From Camelus dromedarius (lineage: Eukaryota), in NCBI RefSeq assembly GCF_036321535.1, contig NC_087453.1, positions 496,001-560,000 of the forward strand: 64,000 nt of DNA, given 5' to 3'. Position 1 is the first letter of the stretch; every line of letters starts with the position of its first letter. The notes beneath the pieces are model-generated. The model searched no databases and was not told the origin of the DNA. It saw only the letters and a program-made list of their open reading frames with translations. Both the position numbers and the translations under genes were made by a program. Positions 1 to 12,026 of the stretch are shown in pieces.

Positions 1-1244
1 GAAACCACTGCACGGAGAGTGGGCAGTGGGAGGGCAGGAGTGCAGTCCCCATGGCCCCAGAGTGGCGGAGGGTGCCGCGTCTGGAGGGGAGGTCTTAGGA
101 GGCTGGCCGGAGCAACTGGGTGGATGGTGCTGCCCCCAGAACTGTCTCCTGGGCCACCAGATCTGAGGGGCCCACAGACGCCCAGGGAGGGGTGGACCCC
201 CACGAGGCTGCTTGGGAGGGGCGTGGCTGAGCACTTGTTAGTGTCGTTACTGTGGAGAAGGCGTGCAGGGAAGCACCCCAAGGCTCAGGGTGGCGGACAC
301 TCAGCACCTGGGCCAAGGGCAGCGGGGACCCTGACTCCAAGCACCAGCTGCTTCCTCTGAAGGTCCGAACTCTGGTAGTGGATCCAGCTTGCACCTGGCG
401 CCTCACTCAGCTGCGGCCCGTGTGCACTGGCTCCTGCAGCCTTGGGCTGGCCAGGACCACCAGGAGCAGAGCAGGGCTGGTGGGGAGCAGGGTCCAGAAA
501 GGGTGGGGGCTCGAGGTGAGGCAGCCTGCCTTCACTGGTGGGGGCACTCAGGTCAAGGCAGGCCCTTCTAACTCAACTTTTATCCTCCAGTGATTTGCAG
601 AACACCCACAAAAACCTGTTCTTTGATCAGTGAAAACATTGAAAAGGGTCAAAGGGCACAGGTGCTGCCTCAACACAGCCAGTCGACAGACAGAAGGCGC
701 ACCCCTCCCAGGGACATGGGGAGAGCACGGTCCATCCCAGACGCACTCCCTGCAGTGTGGCTGGGCCCCACGTTGGCAGAACCGATGCAGGAGTCCATGG
801 GTTGGGAGGGGCACTTGTATATGGCAGGGTGTGCGGACCAGACGAGTGTCGGGGGTCCAGAGCCCAGGTGTCCTCGGGAGGGACTCCCCGCCCTGTCCCA
901 CATGGTCTTCATCTCCCAAATGTCCCTCCAGTCCCCACACAGCCCCACCCTAGGTCCCCTATCTCGGGGTCCCCACCACCCAGCTGGGTGCCTGTACCAC
1001 ATCAGTTCTTGTAAGTGCCATGTGTGCTTGAAAACAAAACGTGTGTTTTCTCTTGGCCAAGTGGGTTTCGCATCTATTGGATCAGGCTAGTTAACTAGCT
1101 GTTGGATTTGTTTTTTGTTTCTATACTTGGATTTGTTTTTTGTTCAGCTTGATCTGTTGGTTTCTGAGAGAGGTGACTTACAGTCTCCAATTTGTCTAGT
1201 GAATTGATTTGACATCTCTTAAATAAAATACTTTAAAATACATC

Positions 1245-2640
1245 ATGTATTTTATTTATTTATTATTCATATTTATTTTTAGGTTCACACCAAACTTGAG
1301 TGGGAAATACAGAGATTTCCTATATGCCCCCCCCCCCCGGCAAAGCCTCCCCAACAGCTTCATGACAGTGGGAAATTTGTTAAAGCCAGTGAGCCTACAC
1401 GGACAGGATGCTGTCACTAGGAGCCTGAAGTTCACGCCAGGGCTCACTCTCGCTTGTGCATCTGCTGATCTGGACACGTGTATGGTGGTGTGCGCCCACC
1501 AGCACAGCATCGCACAGAGGGGTTTCACTGCCTTGAAGTCTCCCGGGCTCCACCTGTTCCCCCTGCCATCTCCCCAGCCCCTGGCAACCCCTGATCCTTT
1601 CGCCATCTGCATAGTTTTGTCTTTTCCAGAATGTCATGCAGTTGGGTTCACTCAGTCTGTAGCCTTTTCACGCTGGCTTTCTTCACTTAGTTAAGTGCAT
1701 TTAAGTTTCCTCCATGACTTTTCATGACTTGGCAGCTCATTTCGATTAGTGCTGAATAATATTCCACTGTCTGGATGCACCCCAGTTTATTATTTATTCA
1801 CCTGCAGAAGGACGTCTTGGTTGCTTCTGAGTTTTGAGAATTGCCATCTGTATGTCTTCTTTGGTGAGGTGTCTGTTAAAGTATTGGCCGTTTTTAAATC
1901 GGGTTGTTTGTTTTGTTATTGTTGAGTTTTCAGAATTCTTTGTGTATTTGGGTAACAGTGCTTTATCAGATGTGTCTTTTGCAAATATACTCCCCTAGTT
2001 TGTGGCTTGTCTTCTAGTTCTCCTAATACTATCTTTTGCAGGACCGATTATTTTATTTTAATGAAGTCTTACTTATCTATCATTTCTTTCACAGATCACG
2101 CCTTTGGTGTTGTACCTAGAAGTCATCGCCACACCCAGGATCACCTAGATTTTCTTCCGTGTTACCTTCCAGGAGTGTTGCGTTTTGCTTCTAGGTCTGA
2201 GACCCACTCTGAGCTCGTTCTGTGCGTGGTCCCAGGCCTGGGTCTCGATTCATCTTCGCACGTGGGTGGGCGTCCGGTGGTTCCAGCACCGTTTGTTGAA
2301 GAGACTGTCTTTGCTATTTTGTCAAAGACCACTTGAGTCTATCTGTGGGTCTATTTCTGGGCTCTCTGTTCGGCCCCATTGATCTGTTTGTCTGTTCTTT
2401 CACCAGAACCGCTGTCCTGATTCCTGCAGCTCTACAGTGAGTCTCGAAGTCGGGCGGTGTCCGTCCTCTGACTTTGTTCTTCTTCTTCAGTATCGTGATG
2501 GCTCTTCTGGGTCTTTTGTTTCCCCCCGACGTGACCCTTGCCGATGTCCACAGAATAACCTGCTGGGACTTTGACTGGGATTGCCCTAAATCTATAGATC
2601 AAACTGGGTGCTCTATGTATTTTAAGGTTGGGCTTCTGGT
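1245..2640 (-). mobile_element. Old L1 (L1MA/MB-like) 3' fragment, antisense
   Basis: The L1-type 3' end lies at about 1250-1330. The minus-strand translation contains SLIYRFRAIPVKVPAGYSVDIGK, which resembles L1 ORF2 LIYRFNAIPIKIPAGFFVEIDK (recalled). Boundaries and subfamily are approximate. Confidence 0.8.
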
Positions 2641-2964
2641 TAATAACGGTTGACATAGCTTCTTGGTTACGTCTTTCAAACAGACGGTAACATTTTAGTG
2701 TTTGTGGAGTCAGTTTAGAAGATTGTGTTCTCTTAAACGTGAAGATAGTAGGATACAGCAGAACAGAGGGAACAAGGAGAGCAGGATAGGAGGCGCAGTG
2801 TGCATCACGTGGAGTCAAAGTGGTACTTGGGAAACTGCGGTTGCAGATTCCAGGCAAAAAGTTTGAAAAACACTGTTTTTGGTGGGTTCCACTTGCACTG
2901 AATGACATCTCCTTGGCGTCCTGTTTACTTCGTGGGCTTTCCCCCACTACGTTCCAGGTTGCGC

Positions 2965-3407
2965 TGATGAAAAGTTAATCAGTTGATCTAAGAGAGAAAT
3001 GGAAATTTTATTTGGGCCAAATTGAGGATTATAACCCAGGAACAGCATCTCAGAATCCTCTGAGAACGGTTCTGCCCATAGGAAGTCAAGGCAGTCAGGT
3101 AACTTTTCGAGACAGAGGGCTGTATGTTAAATGGCGCCTTACTGACGGTTCACACAGTCCAGGTTTAGGCGTCATCATGGCCCCTCACGGGACCAAGAAG
3201 GAGTGTTGCCTTTAAGGAGCCGTCTCGCTGATGCTGGGAGAACGCCAGTCTTTACAGTCGGGCAGGCGTTTCTGAGGAGCGGGCAGGCCTGGTCAGCACG
3301 CAACGCAGACACACAGTGCACAGTGCCGGGAGAGAGGAGGCCAACGGGCAGAGAAAAAACCACGTCTAAGTCCTTGTTTTGCCGTAAAATGTGTATTTTG
3401 TTTCACA
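2965..3407 (-). mobile_element. LTR, probably the 3' LTR of an antisense ERV
   Basis: Minus-strand TG...CA termini (TGTGAAAC at 3407, ...TCATCA at 2965), immediately preceded on the minus strand by a polypurine tract AAAGTGGGGGGAGT (3408-3421). Confidence 0.7.
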
Positions 3408-6400
3408 ACTCCCCCCACTTTGATCATTAGTCTTTCAGTAGGAAGCTTTAGGCGAGCAAACGTTTGGTCCCTCGATGCCAGGGTGGCTGCTTGCCTGCCT
3501 CGGGCCCGTCGCGCCCCTCAGTGCAGGGTCCTAACAGCCAGTTCTGTCTCTCGGGCCGGGGGGTGGGGGCTGTACTAGAAGACTGTTCGGCAAGGGCTGA
3601 GAGCCAGTTCTAGTTGTTCAGTAAGACTGAAGCCTATGTTCTCACATGCGCATGGTGTATGTCCATCACGGTATAGAGAACTCTAGACGTGATCTATAGT
3701 TCCAGGTCACTTAGGCATCATTATCTTGGAGCAGACGACGCACCATGAAAGGCAAGGAACCAGCACCTTACAAGTTCCACGATGATAACCAAAATGTCAT
3801 TAGCAAAGATTTAAGTCAAGATCTTCCTGAACTAAACCATTTCCCTGGTATTCTCTGAACTGGGAAGAGGATTATTCAGAGCAGAAATCTGACACTTGAT
3901 GGGTCATAAGATGAGTCAACAAATACTGTGGCCAAACGATCATATCACTGGGAACCTGACAGAAACCAGCTTGCTCACGTTACAGACTGATGTCGCAGAT
4001 TGACAGGGGCTGTTTGCACGGCTACCCGTAGGTGACCTGAGCTCAGAGGAAACCAACGGAGCATACCCCGAACAAAGCTCATAACCGTGTTTCCTCAACC
4101 ACTGGGTCCTGTTAGGAGCTACCCAATAGTCAACATCTGGTGAAAAGCCGTATTTATGGCCCGGTTCAGAATAGTCCCCACTAATTGGCCAAGTAAGAGG
4201 GTCTCGCCTAGTGATATTGGTGGTAACATTAGCTCGTACGGTGCTTTTAAAATAAAATTTCTAAAGGCCGTTCAGTTAGCGCCTTGGAGGAGAGAAATCC
4301 ACCAAGTCCACCTGGGAGCACGAGGCTTAGGTAACTGGCCACAAACTCAGCATTTGGATTGATTTTTGAAACTTGCGTATGATTGAGCCCAAGGAGGAAA
4401 TACACAGGTTCATAAGCAAAACTGTGAGCAGTTGTCACCGTAAGCGCTGCAGGCCTGGCCTGGCGTCTTGGCTCAGCCGTCTGCTTTGGGTGTCATCGTC
4501 TCGTCCTGGTCGGGCAGTGCTGGTCCTAACTGAAGCTGCAGGTCAGAAGCAGGAGTTGCAGGGGGCGGGTGCAGCGCAGGTGGCAGAGAGCACGCTTAGC
4601 ATGCAGGAGGTCCTGGGTTCCATCCCCAGCACCTCCTCCACATATAAATAAATAAATAAACTCAATAACCTCCCCCTCATAATACAAAGAAAGAAAGAAA
4701 CAGGACTCACAGTTCATTCGGGAGAGGCTTGATGAGGTATTTTCCAAACTGGCTGCAATGAGCACTTTATCTGATGTCTTTTCCAGCATGAGTAATCTCC
4801 TGGTTGCAGGTCGTGGTGAATCCGATCTTCTCCCAAAGTTCGGTTACTGTGATGAGCTTCAGAAACAAACTTAGAGTGACTTTTAATAACTAAACTTTAC
4901 AGGGCGCGGTCTGGAAGGTGAGTCTTAGCCAGTAGACACAGACCTCGATTAGCAAAACCAGAATTTAATACCCACTGAAGCGCAATCTTCTCTCTAAAAC
5001 TACCCTCATTTCCCTACCAAATATAGCCAAATTAAGACTAATTGTTTGTGAGATAAGTTTGGTTAACTGACCACGTAGACTCTTTAAGTTGGCTGTGCTA
5101 AAACTTCTCATGAGGAATCTCAGGCTAAACTTTAAAAACACCCAGGCCAAGAAAGCCAGGCCAGAGGTGTGTCATGGACTCCATCTGTGATATCGACAGA
5201 TGTGGGTGAATTCCTCTCTCCTTGATGTCCCCAGATTGCCTCGAGATTCCTGTACCAGTTGGGAGTTGGACCTCCTTATATTCCTGAGAAAGCTGCTGGG
5301 AACCTAAGAGATTCCAGACTCTGGAGGGATTATGTAGAGAGAAAGGATCAATGTTGCAATTCTACTTGCAGGGTATAGTCCAAAGGGTTCCTTGTATCTG
5401 GAAAACGCAGATTAAAACCCAGTAAGTAATATTTCAGAGAGAAAAACAAAAATTATACCCATACTCATAACGTTTGCTCAGCCCTATGTGACTAATCCAT
5501 GATCTTCTGTTAACAGTTTTATGCAGCCATCAGATTTTCCAGAAGAAATTCTTTAATTTCTTACCCAGTTCAGCATTATGATCTGAAAGTTATCAGAAAC
5601 CTGTACCTGCCAGAAAGTCTTCTATGAATCTTTTTGGAGATGAAGCATTTTTGCCAAAACATCAGGATAAAATCATAACTGTCCATAAATGACAAAAGTC
5701 TTTAAAAATGCAAGGTTAAAGATCTGATTACAATGCGACCGACAAGAAGAAAGGTGGTTACTGCTGGGACATACAACAATTTAAGATAATTACTAAAATC
5801 TTGACTGATATCATTTACCAGGACACATCAGAACTTTGGGAGTTCCATATAATGTCTAGAACATCTGTGTTAATAGCATTCACCTATATGACACATCCTA
5901 AGAAGCTGTATCCCCACTCATTAGATAAAGTTTCCCATGTAATTTGACATACCCAACAAGCCTGGTTAATTTAATCTCTGTCTCCGAGTTGGAGAGAAAA
6001 ACGAGTATTCTGAGGTATTCCAGTGACCCTCTGGAAAACCTTCAAGTTAGCTGGAGGTCAAGGAACTTCATTTAGAATTTGACCTTGGGAATTTTGTCCA
6101 AAATATCGAAAAGCTGCAAAACACCTGGTCAGATAGGATCAAAGGAAAAGAAGAAGAAATGGAAGGGATGTGCACTATGATTGAAAAGTTGAAACAAATA
6201 AAGAAAATGGGTGCAATAGTCTGAGATGAGAGCTCTCTAAAATTTCAACAATTTAGCAGACTTTCCAATCCCAAGGCTCCAAGGGCCAGCCCTGTATTTC
6301 CCCCACTAATCGAGTTTCAGAAAAGAGCAAACACTTACCACGGCTGTTTCCAGCAGACCCTGCAGGCACAGAAGGCTGCCAGCTCTAACCCCGTGCTCAA

Positions 6401-6990
6401 AATTCAGTTTCGGAGCCCAGAAGAACCCCGTCTTGGCCATGTCAGGGCCTGATTTCCTTCAGCTGTCAACTAAGTACTCGCAAGCACACGTAAACCCAGC
6501 TGATCAGCTGCCCGCACAGGAAGCGTCTGTCCTTTGAGGCACAATTTCCCAGGATTAATTTCATAGCCTAATTCAGAGGTGCGGGTGGAACAACGTCCCG
6601 AGGGTGGAGTGGGGGACGGCGCGGTGCTGCGGCTGAGTCCGGCTCTGCTCCCGGAACCAGCACGCACCTCCCGGAGGGTGTGGAGCTGACAGACGACGGC
6701 GCCAAGGATGGGCAGGAGGAAGGTGCAGGAGTCGCAGCGAGTAAGGAGGGCACCGCGGGCCTTTCCCAGGCAGTGTCTCCCCAGCAGCAAAACCGGGGAG
6801 GTTTTGAGCTAAGGGTGCGTGCATGTTGGTGAAGGGGCCTGAGCAGAGGGGGAGAGTTCAGCGTAGACTCGGGGCTAAGGCAGACAGAGACTGAGCTGCA
6901 GTGATGGAAGCCGGGAGAGTCAGAAAGGCCACGTCCTCCCGCGCTGGGCTCCCGCTGGCTGGGCAGCAGAGCCCTCAGGCTGGTCTTCAC
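3408..6990 (-). mobile_element. Degenerate ERV internal region (ERV1/MER4-like, non-coding)
   Basis: A mostly AT-rich block abutting the PPT/LTR, in contrast to the GC-rich flanks. No intact gag/pol/env ORF appears in the ORF track. A matching 5' LTR and PBS were not identified, so the right boundary is uncertain. Confidence 0.5.
4561..4699 (+). mobile_element. tRNA-derived SINE (camelid Vic-1-like), nested in the ERV
   Basis: tRNA-like head GGGGGCGGGTGCAGCGCAGGTGGCAGAGAGCACGCTTAGCATGCAGGAGGTCCTGGGTTCCATCCCCAGCACCTCC with A/B-box remnants, an (AAAT)n stretch, AATAACCTCCCCC and an A-rich tail. No CCA or acceptor stem. Confidence 0.85.
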
Positions 6991-7099
6991 CACTGAAACG
7001 GAAATGGGGCCTTTACAGCTGACGCACTGTCTCTGCTCCTGCCACTTCTCCTGCTGGTTTCAGTCCTTTGTTCTTCTGTTCCCTTAAGGTCTTATTCCT

Positions 7100-7223
7100 G
7101 GGGAGGATGTAGCTCAGGGTCAGAGTACGTGCCTAGCATGCATTAAAAATATTAATTAAAAATAAACAGACAAATAAAAACCTAATTACCTCCCCCCAAA
7201 ATAAAAAATGAATTAAAACCACA
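7100..7223 (+). mobile_element. tRNA-derived SINE (Vic-1-like) with the B-box region deleted
   Basis: Head GGGGAGGATGTAGCTCAGGGTCAGAGTACGTGCCTAGCATGCAT, then AAATAAAAACCTAATTACCTCCCCCC and an A-rich tail. Candidate TSD tcttattcct (7090-7099) / tcttattact (7224-7233). Confidence 0.8.
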
Positions 7224-7429
7224 TCTTATTACTGAGAGCTGCTCCAGTTCAAGGCCAAACATTGGGAACAGCTCAGATCATGAAACGGGGAGGCCAGAAA
7301 TGGCTTCTCGTGCCAAGAAAGCTAGGCCTGGTCCTCCTTCTCCGGGACCGCCTGCCCCGCAGCGCCCCGTCCGCCAGGTACCGCCAGGTACCGCCAGTCT
7401 TCCCAAACCGAGCCTTCCCAGCAGGTTCC

Positions 7430-7830
7430 CAGCGGTGTCTCTCTGGCTTTGGCTTGCGTTTCCCTGGTGGCCAGTGATTTGAGCTCCTTTTTAACATGCA
7501 TGTGGCCTCTTTTATACTTTTCGATATGAAGTGTCTGTTCAATTATTTTGTTCGTTTTAAGAAAACTGGGCTTTTCAAATTTATTGAGTTTTAAGGTTAA
7601 GAAAATACAGTTCTTTATCAGATATGTGTATTTTGAGTCTTTTCTTTCAGTCGATGCTCTGTCTTTTCATTTTTCTCATGGGCATCTTTTAAAGAGCAGA
7701 AATTTTTGATGTTTATGAAATCCAGTTTATCGACTTTTTTTAAAGTGCTTTTCATGTCCTTTTAAAGAAATATTTGCCAGCCCCAAGGCTGTGAAGGGTT
7801 CTTGTTTCCTAGGAACTCTGCGATTCAGCT
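7430..7830 (-). mobile_element. L1 ORF2/3' fragment, antisense
   Basis: TGGCTTGCGTTTCCCTGGTGGCCAGTGATTTGAGCTCCTTTTT and TTCTTTATCAGATATGTG resemble recalled antisense L1 ORF2-end sequence. Confidence 0.65.
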
Positions 7831-9214
7831 TAGATGCTGATGATCTCTCTTGAGCTGCTTTCGGTGAGAGGCCCCTGAGAGGCCCCAGCGCCGTCTGTGG
7901 GGCGGCCTGCCCTTGCCCTGGGCCAGTGCCCTTCCAAGACCAGCTGAGAGCCCGTGGTCGTGGGACCCCTCCCCCTGCCTAGCGCCTCCCCCAGCATTGG
8001 CGGTGGGCTCTGTCCCATGCTCCACGTGTTCCGGGCCACAGGCAGGATCGTGTCCCCTGCAGCCCAGCATCTGCCACGCAGACGATACTACATCAGCGGC
8101 CAACCCCTCCTGCAGCGGCAGGTCCTGGAGACCCCGGTGGGCTGTGTGGCCAGGAGTGTGAACTCAGACCTCCGGCCTTGGGAGCAAGCCTCGTCTGCGT
8201 CTCCGGGGAGGATGCGGGCTCTGGCATTGGAGGCCCAACTGGAACCCCAGTCACGCCAGACTCTGCGCACAGGCCCCGCCTGGAGTCCGCGTGTTCGGTC
8301 AGGGCATGTCGTGGGACTGGGGTGCAGCCCACCCCACTCTCCCTCAGTGGTCACTGGGGCATCTCCAGCAGGTCATTCTGGGGAAGACCCCATGGAGACA
8401 GGGCACCCAGGATGGTGGGCGGTGGGCCTGGGGTACAGGGAGGAACCACTCAGCCCTCAAGGCCCTGCCCGGGAGGAGGACCTGCCAGTGGTCAGACCTC
8501 AGATGGGGGCAGGAAGGGGTGCAGCTGCCAGCTCCTCCTGGGGGGGAGGGTGCGCTTGTCCAGCGTCTTCACCAGGATGGCCCTCTGCTCAGGGACTGGT
8601 CTGGGGGCCCCTGAAGAGGTTCAGGTTGTGGGGTGGGGGTGCATTGGTGGAGGTGAGAGCCCACCATGCAGAGGCATTTTGGAGTCAGGTCAGGGAGAGC
8701 AGCTGGGGCTAGCCATGGTGGAGACCCTTCCTGGGGTGTCACCTCGTGGTCAGATCGCCCCCCCGACCCGTCCCCCATTCCCAGTGGGATGTGTCCCCTG
8801 TGACCCTTTCCCCATGAGCCAGGGGAAGGCTGATCCCTCCCCACAAGCTAAACCAGGACCCCCTGGGATGCTGATGAGATCTGGGACCCTCCCATCCATG
8901 GACTCAGCAACCCACTTGCTCCTGGGGCAGGGTGTGACCTCCTTCCCTTCTGGGAGGGTCGCTGGGTGTGTCCTTGGGAGGGTTCTTGACAGCCCTTAAA
9001 GTTCTGCTGGGGCGGGTGTCTTGCTGGGTGAGTTCTGCTGGGTGAGGCTGCTGGGCCCCGCCGAGGACCAGACCATACTGCAGGTGGACGTGGCTGGGCC
9101 CTGCGGAGATGCCGCGGGGGGCCTCTGGGGCTTTTCCAGTGTTTTCAGGCAAAGGCAGTGGGCCTTAGAGGGCGAGCGTTAGCAAGGGGGTCAGAGGATG
9201 CTTCTGTGACTTTT

Positions 9215-9790
9215 TAATTTAATGTCATTTCAAACAAATGCACACAAATGTGTAGTAAATGTGCAAAGAACTTTCATGTACTCTAGACTGACCAGCTGCT
9301 CACATCGTGTCCTGAGTGGTTTGTCGTATGTAAGAACTTTCATTTCTGAACCGTCTGAGCAAGTTGCAGGCACCATGCCGTTTACCCCTCCTGCTTCATG
9401 TGGGAACTGGTACTTCTTGTCAGTTGTCAAGAGGAAGTTCAGCATCGATGCAATATTACTGATGCCAATTCAGATTGGAACCGTCTAGTAATTTCACAAG
9501 CGTGCTTTCCTGACAAATCCCCTCTGAGAACCCAGGCCACATTCTGGGTCTGGACGTTCTGAGGGTCATTTGCCGAGTCTGTGATGTCTCCTTGAGTCTG
9601 GTTAAGGTTTGCCTGTGAGCCCCTGTGCGTCGTGCCCAGCGCCCATGAAGTCAGGCTGTCCTATTTCTGCTGACGTCCTGTCCCTGGGCGTCTGCACCAC
9701 AAAGCCACCTTTCCCTTTGTGGTTGGTAGGGACCCTGGGGAGATACGGAGACTCCGTGCTTCACTCACATGATGAAGGCTGTGGCCACTG
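9215..9790 (-). mobile_element. Ancient L1MC/ME-like 3' fragment
   Basis: TTTCTGAACCGTCTGAGCAAGTTGCAGGCACCATGCCGTTTACCCCT resembles the recalled L1MC/ME 3' end. Boundaries are approximate. Confidence 0.5.
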
Positions 9791-10079
9791 TCCTTTCCTA
9801 GACTTAGTCCCTCCACGTCCCTCCACGTCCCTCCCAGAGCAGAGTTTTGAAAGGACTGTTCTAACAGGGATGCCGGTGTGGACGGACCTGCTGATGACGT
9901 AGGGAGTGCAGAGGGGTCCAGGGTTAGGGTGAGGCCTGCTTGACAAGGAGAGGGAGGGCTGAAGAGGTTGAGGAAACCTGCGTCTGGAGTTTGGGGGAGA
10001 ATTCCTGCTGAGATGAGGAAACGGGCTATTGGATCTGGATGCCTGTGAGGCCAGAGGGCGATGCAGGGTGATGGGAGTC

Positions 10080-10560
10080 TGTGAGGGTGGTCATGTCCCT
10101 GGTCTCCAGGAAGTCCCTGAGAGTGAGGGTCCTTGGCTTCATGCAGGAAAGAATTCAAAAGTAAAATGAAAGCGGATTTATTCAGGGAGATGCACGGTCC
10201 CTAGACAGAGGGTGGGTTGTCCCAGCACGACAGGCCCCGGTGTGGTGGTTTTATGGGCTCGGGAACTTTAGACACTAACAAGTGGGGGGATTATCCCAAC
10301 TATTTTGGGAAAGGGGCAGGGACTTCCCGGAGTCCACTTTGGGGCCTTGTATGGTCAGCTCAGGACTGTCACGGCGCCTGTGGGGATGTCACGTGGCAGC
10401 TGAAGTATTGTGTGAGTGCATCATGAGGCTCAGGGTCGACTGGAAGACCAGTCTTCCGCCATTGTGGGCTTTGTTGTCTCTAAGCAGCTCATGTCGCGCC
10501 CCCAATGGCCGCGTCATGCTTCTGAAGGCTGTGCCCTGCCCCCTTCCCTCCCATCAACCC
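10080..10560. mobile_element. Probable solo LTR
   Basis: GGTCCTTGGCTTCATGCAGGAAAGAATTCAAAAG...GGATTTATT...GGTTTTATGGGCT resembles recalled ERV1 LTR motifs. Ends not precisely defined. Confidence 0.45.
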
Positions 10561-10831
10561 AGAGAGGGCCTGGAGGACAGGTCACGATGTGCATGTGCTG
10601 AGACGCCTTCTGTATGCTCTTCCTTCCCGCCAAGCAGGAAGCAGGCGTGTGACGTGACCTCGGAGCACAGCAGTGTCAGGCTGCCTTCCGTCCCAGCCCC
10701 GTGGCTTGCTTCTGACTTTTGCTGTTGTTGTTCTCTCTTTGTTTGTACTTCTGATTTTTGTAAGCAAGTTTTGTACAATTGTTTTCTTCTTTAACAAGTG
10801 CTCTTGGAAAAAACTCTATTCCAGAACATTT

Positions 10832-11243
10832 TGTTACCCAAAGCGGAGTTTACCTCTTGGTGTTGAGCCAGAGATCGGGAGGAGGAAGCAGTAACTAGCT
10901 GCAGCAGGTAAGGCAGCAGGAATCCCACTCAGTGTGTCCTCAGCAGCAAAACTGGGGAATCTTAAGCTGAGGGTGCACGCAGGTTCGTTAAGGGGCCCAA
11001 ACAAAGCAGAATTCAGCAGATTTGGGGCCAAGGTCGACAGAGTCCACGCTTTGGCTGATTGAAACCAGGAGTCAGTCAGCATCAACCCGTCCTCCACCTG
11101 GTGGGGCCTTGGCTCCTGCAGAGCTCAAGACCGTGTCAGCTGTCCGGGTGTCCCTTGAGGAGGAACTAGGGCTCTTACTGCTGAACTGCCGCTTCTTGGC
11201 TGCTCTTCCTGTTCCTGCATTCCCTCACTTACCCCTATTTGCA
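10832..11243. mobile_element. Probable solo LTR about 0.8 kb upstream of the HELZ2 start codon
   Basis: TGTTACC...TTTGCA termini. The internal motifs GGTGGGGCCTTGGCTCCTGCAGAGCTCAAG and GAGGAACTAGG...CTGCATTCCCTCACTT resemble laurasiatherian ERV1 LTRs (recalled). Confidence 0.55.
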
Positions 11244-12026
11244 GACAGCCCCTGGTTTGGCATCCCTGGAGCGGGAGGGTTCTCCAGCCCAGGGCGCTCA
11301 GGGCTCCATCATTTCCTTGTCAAACATCATCTTCGTGTCGCTCTCAAACTTTCCTTGAAAGTTCCCTTTTAGGCCCAGCAGTGTCTGCAGGGACCAGTTT
11401 CAATCCCAGCTGTGCTGGGCACCACCCCTTCCCCGCCGTCCAGCTTCCTCCTGCAGCCCTGGTGCTGCTGGTCCTGCCTCCCACCTGCTCTGTTCTTCTG
11501 GCCCCTCCCACGGCCCCATCCAGGCAGGTGTGGGTGCCTTGTTCCCAGGAGACAACCTTCATGTCACAGAACAAGGGGTGCTGTCCTTGGGAGTCAGGAG
11601 ACCCAGAGCCCGAGGGACCTTGGAATGCAAAGGCCTGGAAGCGGGGCTTCTGGGGGGTGGCGCCGAGAGCCCTGGGTTCCCAGGGCTCTCCCTGGTCTCT
11701 GGGCAGCCTCCTTCCCGTGCAGCCCGCCTGGCTCCTTGTGGGCAGGACCCAGAGACCCTACAAGAGGCCAAGGCTGGGCTGGTCTCGGTCAGGTCAGCGT
11801 CATGGGGCCCAGCTTCCCTGGACTAGACACCCCTCTCCCATCATGTTAGCAGAATTCTCGACCCTGCTGCTGCTCCCTTGGCCCCTGGCCTGTGGGAGAG
11901 GAGAGTGTGTCTGAGCCTGGACCCAAGGCGTACAGCTCTCCTGACCTCATTCCTTGCTCTTGCCCCAGACTTCCCACTTTTGGTGAACATCCCCAGAGGA
12001 CCCCCGGAGCCAGGCCAGCAGCAGGG

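Noticed and set aside
1-1080. GMEB2 3' end, expected by synteny
   Set aside because: No recognisable GMEB2 peptide or poly(A) signal, so it is not supported from the sequence.
4561-4640. tRNA gene (also at 7100)
   Set aside because: tRNA-like head only, followed by SINE body and A-rich tail (with a candidate TSD at 7100). No cloverleaf acceptor stem.
6960-7330. 5' LTR and primer-binding site of the ERV
   Set aside because: The minus strand reads TTTCAGTGGTGAAGACC, but I could not match it to a tRNA 3' end, and the adjacent sequence is not a clear copy of the 2965-3407 LTR.
8060-8130. RRRYYISGQPLLQRQVL resembling the HELZ2 RNB motif (17/18-nt match to about 19413), hinting at a second HELZ2 copy
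   Set aside because: The similarity does not extend on either side, so it is probably chance in GC-rich DNA.
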